Notes under the pieces: model-generated
Databases searched by the model: none
Told to the model about the DNA's origin: nothing
The model's input: the letters and a program-made list of their open reading frames with translations, nothing else
Translations under genes and position numbers: made by a program
Part shown: positions 56,856-64,000 of the stretch, one piece after another
Numbering within the stretch: the stretch's first letter is position 1
Layout: each line of letters opens with the position of its first letter
Source: the human T2T-CHM13v2.0 reference genome, Homo sapiens
Strand: one strand, 5' to 3'
Length of the DNA: 64,000 nucleotides
Assembly (NCBI RefSeq): GCF_009914755.1
Contig: NC_060925.1

Positions 56856-58196
56856 CGACAGTTATTCTTTACTAAAATTTCAATGTCTTTGGTCATTTTT
56901 TGACATTTTGTCAATGTTGAGATAGATAATTACAGTGTACCACCTATATGAAAATGCAAACAAAACTCAGAATGGGTGTAGGATGGTATGCCTTTTTTGG
57001 CCAGGGTTTTTTATTTGTTTCTTTGGCTTGGTAAATAGCTCATCTTCTGCAGTGATGTGCTTATTTACAAATGACTTAGAGTTTGCAGATAGAGACTTTT
57101 ACATCCTAGAGTGTTAGGACTACTGGTGGTGGTAAATAAGTCAACAAATCAGTACTTCTGCAGTTGATAAGAATGTTAAAGTACAATTACAGGTTGTACA
57201 TGAAACTTTTGAATGTATATCATGTTAAAAGGAGCTTACAGTAGATAAATATACTCCATTTATAATGGTACTTTTTGCTGTTGGACATATTTGGAGGTGA
57301 GAATACTTCTGAAGTCAGTATACTTTCATGCGGTAATACTATGTTTGTCAGTTCAGAAAATTCCTTTTCTAGTATTGTGATTACCCTGGTAAAACAAGGA
57401 ATCTATAACACTAGCAGAATGGAAAGCACATGTAAGAGTATGTCTGTTATTATAACTGTTTTATTTAACATATTTATTGAGCATAAATTACATGGAAGAC
57501 ATTGTGTTGTGCATGGAGATTTAATGGTGAGGGGAAAAATGCCGTATTTCCCACCCTTATGGGGCATACATTCCACTGTGAGAAGGAAATGTCTGTTTAA
57601 GTCGCAGCTGTAAAGGAGAGGGACATGCAGCATGAGGGCAGGTAATGGGGGAATTAACCTGTTGACAGAGCTCAGAGAAGACAGCTGAAGAACCATGGAT
57701 GTGAACTTGGGAGTAGAGGGGTATGGAAGGGAGTTAGGGAATAGGATGTGCACAGGCCTTGTGGAAGAAGGGAACATGGCATCTTTAAGGAAGAGAAAGA
57801 AGGCCATGTTAGCTGGAATGCAGTAAGTGAGGGCAGGTGCCAACTGAGGCTGGAGAAGATGGAGTCCTCGTAAGAGCATTGAGAAACAAATGAAGGTTTT
57901 AAGATGAGGGTGGGTAAGGAAGTGACATGATCAGAGATGGCTTTTAGAAAAGATTCTCCTGGAGCCCTCCAATTTGTTCTTCACTCTAAGGAGACCAGTT
58001 TGGAGACAGTCCAGAAATGTGATGATAGTAGCTTGAGAAGAAAATGCATCTTTTTGATAGTTATTTAAGAAGTATAATCCATTGGACTTGGTGGTAGATT
58101 GAATATGGTGGCAGAGTTGGAAGGTGCAGAAAGCAGGTTATCAAGGGTGACTCCTGGGTTTCTGGCTGTCAGATCTGAATGTATGGTGCAATAGGT

Positions 58197-58958
<762 letters not shown>

Positions 58959-59596
58959 CTAGCTGAGGACCAAGTGTAGGGGTCAGGTTATGAGCTTGGT
59001 TTGAGATGCCTTTGAGACACTGTGTAGTAATATCAAGTAGCAGTAGGCTATATACATTAGCTCAGAGGAGAGATCTAGGATGAATATTTAAACTTTAGAT
59101 TTTTCTACGTTTAAGTGGTAACTGAAGCCACAGGTGTAGGTGAAATCACATAGGAAACAAGTAGATAGAAGATGGTCTGGAGTCTTAAAGAACTCTGTTA
59201 TTTAGTAGCTGGGTAGAGGAAGTGTGGTGTTATGGAAGTACAGGAAGAAAGCATTTCAAGGAGAAAATGGTCAGGATCTGATGTTGTGGAGAGGTCAGGT
59301 AACATGAAAGCTGCACATAGCAGTCATTGTTAACCTTAGCAACAGCTATTCCAGGAGAGTGATGTGGATGGGGACAACAGTGGAGTGTGGTGAAGTGTCA
59401 GATGAGAAATGATGACAGAATACAGGCAAATATTTCTAGAACTTTGTCTGTAAAGGAGTGGAGAGAGAGAGAGCGCAAGTGTAAAAATTCAAGCAAGAGA
59501 GAGAAACTTTATGGAAAGAGAGGATTGAAGAAGAGGTTGTAAATCTGTTGATTTTTGTTTTTGCTGAGAACTTGAGCCTGTTTAAGAGCCAATAGA

Positions 59597-59796
59597 CCCT
59601 GGTGTGTGATGTTCCCATTCCTGTGTCCATGTGTTGTGGGGTGGGGGGACGGAGGAGGGATAGCATTAGCAGATATACCTAATGTTAAATGATGAGTTAA
59701 TGGGTGCAGCACACCAACATGGCACATGTATACATATGTAACAAACCTGCACGTTGTGCACATGTACCCTAAAACTTAAAGTATAATTAAAAAAAA
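59597..59796 (+). mobile_element. L1PA4-like 3' fragment with 5' inversion
   Basis: L1PA 3' UTR, poly-A, inverted segment 59597-59635, perfect TSD aagagccaataga at 59584-59596 and 59797-59809. Confidence 0.93.
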
Positions 59797-61254
59797 AAGA
59801 GCCAATAGAAAGAGCCATTTGAGAGGGAGAGAGTAAAGGATAATGTGGAGCAAAAGATTCCCAAGAAGGCCAGAAAGGATGGATCTAAAGTGCACAAGTT
59901 AGAGAGGTTGACCTTAGGTGGGAAGACAGATAGTTACAGATGGAGGTAGTTTGTATAGTTGGTAGTGTGGGATATTGAACGTTTTCATATGTTGGCTTCT
60001 ACTTTTTTGTGAAGTAGGATGGGGGTCATCTGCTGAGAATGGGGTAGATGGATGGTGTTTTGAAAAGAATAGGGACAATTTGGGAATTTTATTGTGGACT
60101 CTGAGAGGGTTGGTTGGAGTGGCAAATGGTTGGAGTGGAGGGCAGTGTTGAGGGCTGTCTGATCCCTCTGTAATTCTCACACACTGGCTTCAACCTTCTC
60201 ATGTGTGACATTCTGCAACAGAGCTCTGATTGTTCTGGACTCATTGCTGAGTAAATAGTTGGGCATATCCAGGATTAGGATTTTGTCAACTCTTGGCAAT
60301 GGAAAGGGAATTTGGGTGTTAGAGTGCTGTGGAAATGATGGACTTTGGGATGTAAGCTGATTAAAGAGGGATGTACAAGCAGAATAGGGCTAATGGGTTG
60401 GGAAAAAGCTGAGAGGTCAGTGGACTGATAATGTTGTAATACTGCACAGCTTGAAGGAAAGAAGGCCCTGGTCAACAAAGGGAATACTTGAAGCGTTATT
60501 TTCGAGGCAGAAAACGATGTATAGGGGACAATAAAGGTTCATGGGTGGGTAAGGTGGCATGGAAGACATGCCATTCCAGGTGAAGATAATGGACTGAGTC
60601 GTCTAGGAGATGCGAGCCAACAAATGGGCAGGAATATGGCAGGGCTTGACGACATCAGTGAGCCAGGGCTAATGTCTTTGAGTAAGCAAAAGTGATTGGG
60701 AGATTAGAATATAACAGTGAGGAAAGGAGGAGGGTGGTGTAACTGAATGGCAGGACCCTAAAAAGGATATGGGTGTTTGCAGTGGGCAGGGGAATGGAGA
60801 AATAAGGCCTGAAGGGGCAGAGGTGCCAAGGCCATCTCCTGACTCCAGAGTGTGAGAGGCTGGGCAGCTGCTATTTGAGAGGGTTGCAGGAGAAGAGGGG
60901 TGTCTTCAGCATGCTCAGAGGAGAGGCCAAGGATATGACACTACTTTCTGGGTGTAGAGCAGCAGTTCCAAGGGACCTAGAGGAAGGTTGTGGGAGGTGG
61001 AGAGGGTGATGGGCTGGGAAGGAACTTGGAAGCAAAACAGCGGTACTCAAGTGGTAGAGGATAGATCTCTGCAGTGGGCACTGCCTACATTTTAAGTGTT
61101 GCCTGATGAAAACAGGCATGAGTTAGGGGTCTAGACCTGGTGGCTGTAGGATGGTTTTATTTTCCTTGACTAGAGTGACAACAGGCCCAGAGATTGTATG
61201 TCCTGTGTGCTGCTGGAGGTGGATGATGGTAGAAGCAGAGACTAGGTGCACACC

Positions 61255-61480
61255 ATATGCTGAGTACTGTTCTAAGTGCCCAAGAAACATTATATCATTT
61301 ATTTCCTATTACAACCATGCCAGGCTAGTACTGTTGATATTTCTGTCTTACAGATGAGGAAACTGAGGTTCTGTTAAGGTAAGTTTAGTAATTTTTCTAA
61401 GGCTACGCAGCTAGCAAATGGTAGAACTGAGACTCAAAATCAAGACTTTGTGCCTGTGTACCTCCCATGATGGTGTATAT
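61255..61480 (-). mobile_element. MIR
   Basis: ttacagatgaggaaactgagg...cagctagcaaatggtagaactgagactcaaa. Confidence 0.75.
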
Positions 61481-61797
61481 ACTTAACATTTCCTTCCCTG
61501 TGAAATTATTATTTTTAACATATCTGATAGACTGTTGAGAAGTTAATGTAATAGGAATTGTCTTTCTGAATACCAAAATTAAATTCAATTTTAGACCCCA
61601 AATCTTGTTTGCAGAGTCCTCTGAAAGTTAGACTAGGGCCCCTGCCTTCTGCAGACAACCCTCCCAGCTCTTCTTTTACCACTTCCATGATAGACACTTG
61701 GACACTTCTAAAGGGCTAGAGGGTGGTTAAGTTAAACTGCCCACTTGTGTCATTTTGAGTAATGCAGAATAAGTTCCTGGTCTCATTTTTTTGTACA

Positions 61798-62101
61798 CTT
61801 TTTTTTTTTTTTTTTTTTGAGACAGAGTCTTCCTCTGTCGCCCAGGCTGGAGTACAGTGGCATGATCTCAGCTTATTGCAACCTCCGTCTTTCAGGTTCA
61901 GGTGATTCTTGTGCCTTAGCCCCCTCAAGTAGCTGGGACAACAGCCGCATACCACCACGCCCGGCTAATTTTTGTATTTTTAGTAGAGATGGGATTTCAC
62001 CATGTTGGCTAGGTTGGTCTTGAACTCCTGACCTCAAGTGATCCACCCGCCTTGGCCTCCGAAAGTGCTGAGATTACAGGTGTGAGCTACCATGCCCAGC
62101 C
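61798..62101 (-). mobile_element. AluSz-like
   Basis: Full Alu with poly-T. Confidence 0.93.
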
Positions 62102-62140
62102 ACAACACTTCTTTAAATGTTCAAGGAATGCTCTCAAGTT

Positions 62141-62425
62141 CGTTTTGTTTTGTTTTTGAGACAGGGTCTCATTCTGTCACCCAGGCTGGAATGCAGTAAT
62201 GTGATCTCCGCCTCCTGGGCTCAAGTGATTCTCCCACCTCAGCCTCCTGGTAGCTGGGATTACAGGTGTGCACCACCACACCTGGTTAATTTTTGTATTT
62301 TTTTTGTAGAGATGGGGTTTCACCATGTTGCAAAAGGCTGGTCTTGAACTCTTGGGCTCAGGTGATCCGCTGGCCTTGACCTCCCAAAGTGCTGGGATTA
62401 CAGGCATGACCCACTGAGCCTGGCC
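62141..62425 (-). mobile_element. AluJb-like
   Basis: TSD tgctctcaagtt at 62129-62140 and 62426-62437. Confidence 0.9.
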
Positions 62426-64000
62426 TGCTCTCAAGTTTTCAAGTTTTTTTTTTTTATTTTTTTTTAAGAAATCTTGTTCCCAAGCTAACATTACTCAGCC
62501 TCTTAGCTCTTTATGACATGATAAGATTACCATCTTTACACCACTCTAAGGGTACTTTGGTATGTAATTAATTGGGAGTATATGGGACTGATGCTTGATC
62601 AAAAGATGCACTTCCACTCTTTCTGAGTATAAATGAGCCTGAAATTTGTTTTTTTTTGTGTGTGTTTAGTATTGTTGTTATACTGTTGTCTTTCATTGAT
62701 TTGTGTCACTTACAATGCTAAGGTCTTGTGTGTATGGCTATTATGCCAAGTCCTATACTTTGGTATTGCCTTTAAAAATTTTATTATATTTTGCCTTTAT
62801 GATTTGGATTCATTATTTCAGCTAATCAAGATAATTTCAAAACCTGATTCTGTTAACTTAATGTATTAGCTGTCTTTCCCACCTCTGTGTTGTATGCAGC
62901 TTAAGTAAACATACAAATATTTACAAAAAATATTTGCTAAAACAGGACCAAAAAAGAGAAAATTGTATAAAATATCAAGAGATATTTCTCAATTCTACTT
63001 TGGATCATTAATTTACATGCTGCTTCTAGTTTTCAGCTAGCTCTTGGGCTCACTAACTTTGTTGATCTGGCCACTTTTTTTGGTATTTTTCATAAGGCTA
63101 TCATGAGAAACTTTCAGAACTTTGCTGGGATCAAGGTATCCTTCACTTGGTATTCTCCAATCTACCAGGATTTGTTGGTCAGTTATTTGTGGAGGTAAGG
63201 TATAGGAAGGAATCCAGGATGACTGAGCTGTTCCAGGTTGGAAGATGGGGCAGTATTGTGGATGTCCATGTCATTCATTGAGGTATGGCACCACAGAGAA
63301 GGGCTGGTTGGGGTTAAGTTCAACTTGGGCGAAGTAGAACCTGTGGGGCCTCTGGATGCACAAATGGAGCCCATCCAGAGGGTGGCTGACCATTCAGGGC
63401 TGGTACATGGCGGGTGGTGAAATCTAGTTGCACACAGTATAAGCAGTGTTGGAGGTGCAGGGCGCATAGCCAGGCAGAACCTATAGTATGCAGAGAAGAG
63501 GTTCAGGTAGTGGGGGTTGGGGGGAGGTAGTAAACATTGCCAAGTTAAAGGTGTTTATGCCTGATCGCCTTCATTTTCTTGGTCAAATGGGAAGAAACCT
63601 CATCTATTTTAAGAGGGAGAACTAGAGATTTGAGAGCGGTGAATATTTGGAGTCAATGTGGGAAATAGGAAAGGGAGCTTGCCAGGGATGGGAAAAGGAA
63701 TGCTAAGCATAATTGGGGCATTCTTCCCAGCTTCCCCCTTCTTTGCTGCCCTTAAAGACAAACACACAGACCCATCCCCTTCTTTTTAGGGATTTTTACT
63801 GCAAAACACTCCAGCAGTGGTTCTCACTGGGGGATTATATCAGAAAATGAAGGAGAGGGGTTATGTATGTGCATGGAAGTGGCACTGGTATTTGATATAT
63901 TCTCTAAGGAATCCCTGTATTTGCAAAGGAATCACAAATGGGGGAAATGAGTGAGTGATCGTGTTTTGGTGGGGAGGGGCTGGTAATCCTAACCTCACCT

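Noticed and set aside
57275-57879. 112 and 158 aa ORFs in the intron
   Set aside because: Overlap degenerate L2 sequence; no protein motif or convincing exon boundaries.

Overview
Primate (most likely human) genomic DNA with no supportable protein-coding exon. It is repeat-dense: about 50 Alu/FLAM/FAM copies plus L1, L2, MIR, MaLR and ERV1 LTRs and DNA transposons. Most ORFs in the track come from Alu, LTR or GC-rich sequence. The main functional landmark is a CpG-island promoter at ~43.5-44.55 kb with two candidate non-coding first exons on the + strand (donors at 44055 and 44529), followed by intron sequence to the window end. About 25 kb upstream, an intact + strand LTR12C solo LTR (17595-19187, 4-bp TSD) sits inside an Alu, within an old MaLR internal region. 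It keeps its CCAAT-repeat enhancer, AATAAAA TATA box and splice donors, so it is a plausible alternative promoter. From memory only (not verified), this layout fits the 5' region of TLCD4 (TMEM56) and the TLCD4-RWDD3 readthrough, next to ALG14. Smaller oddities include a tailless 5S rRNA retropseudogene, a twin-primed L1PA insertion, an internally inverted MER47, short templated duplications and hairpins, and a chimeric Alu monomer tandem. I found no evidence of a new multi-gene system. Repeat subfamily calls come from remembered consensus sequences and need RepeatMasker/Dfam confirmation.
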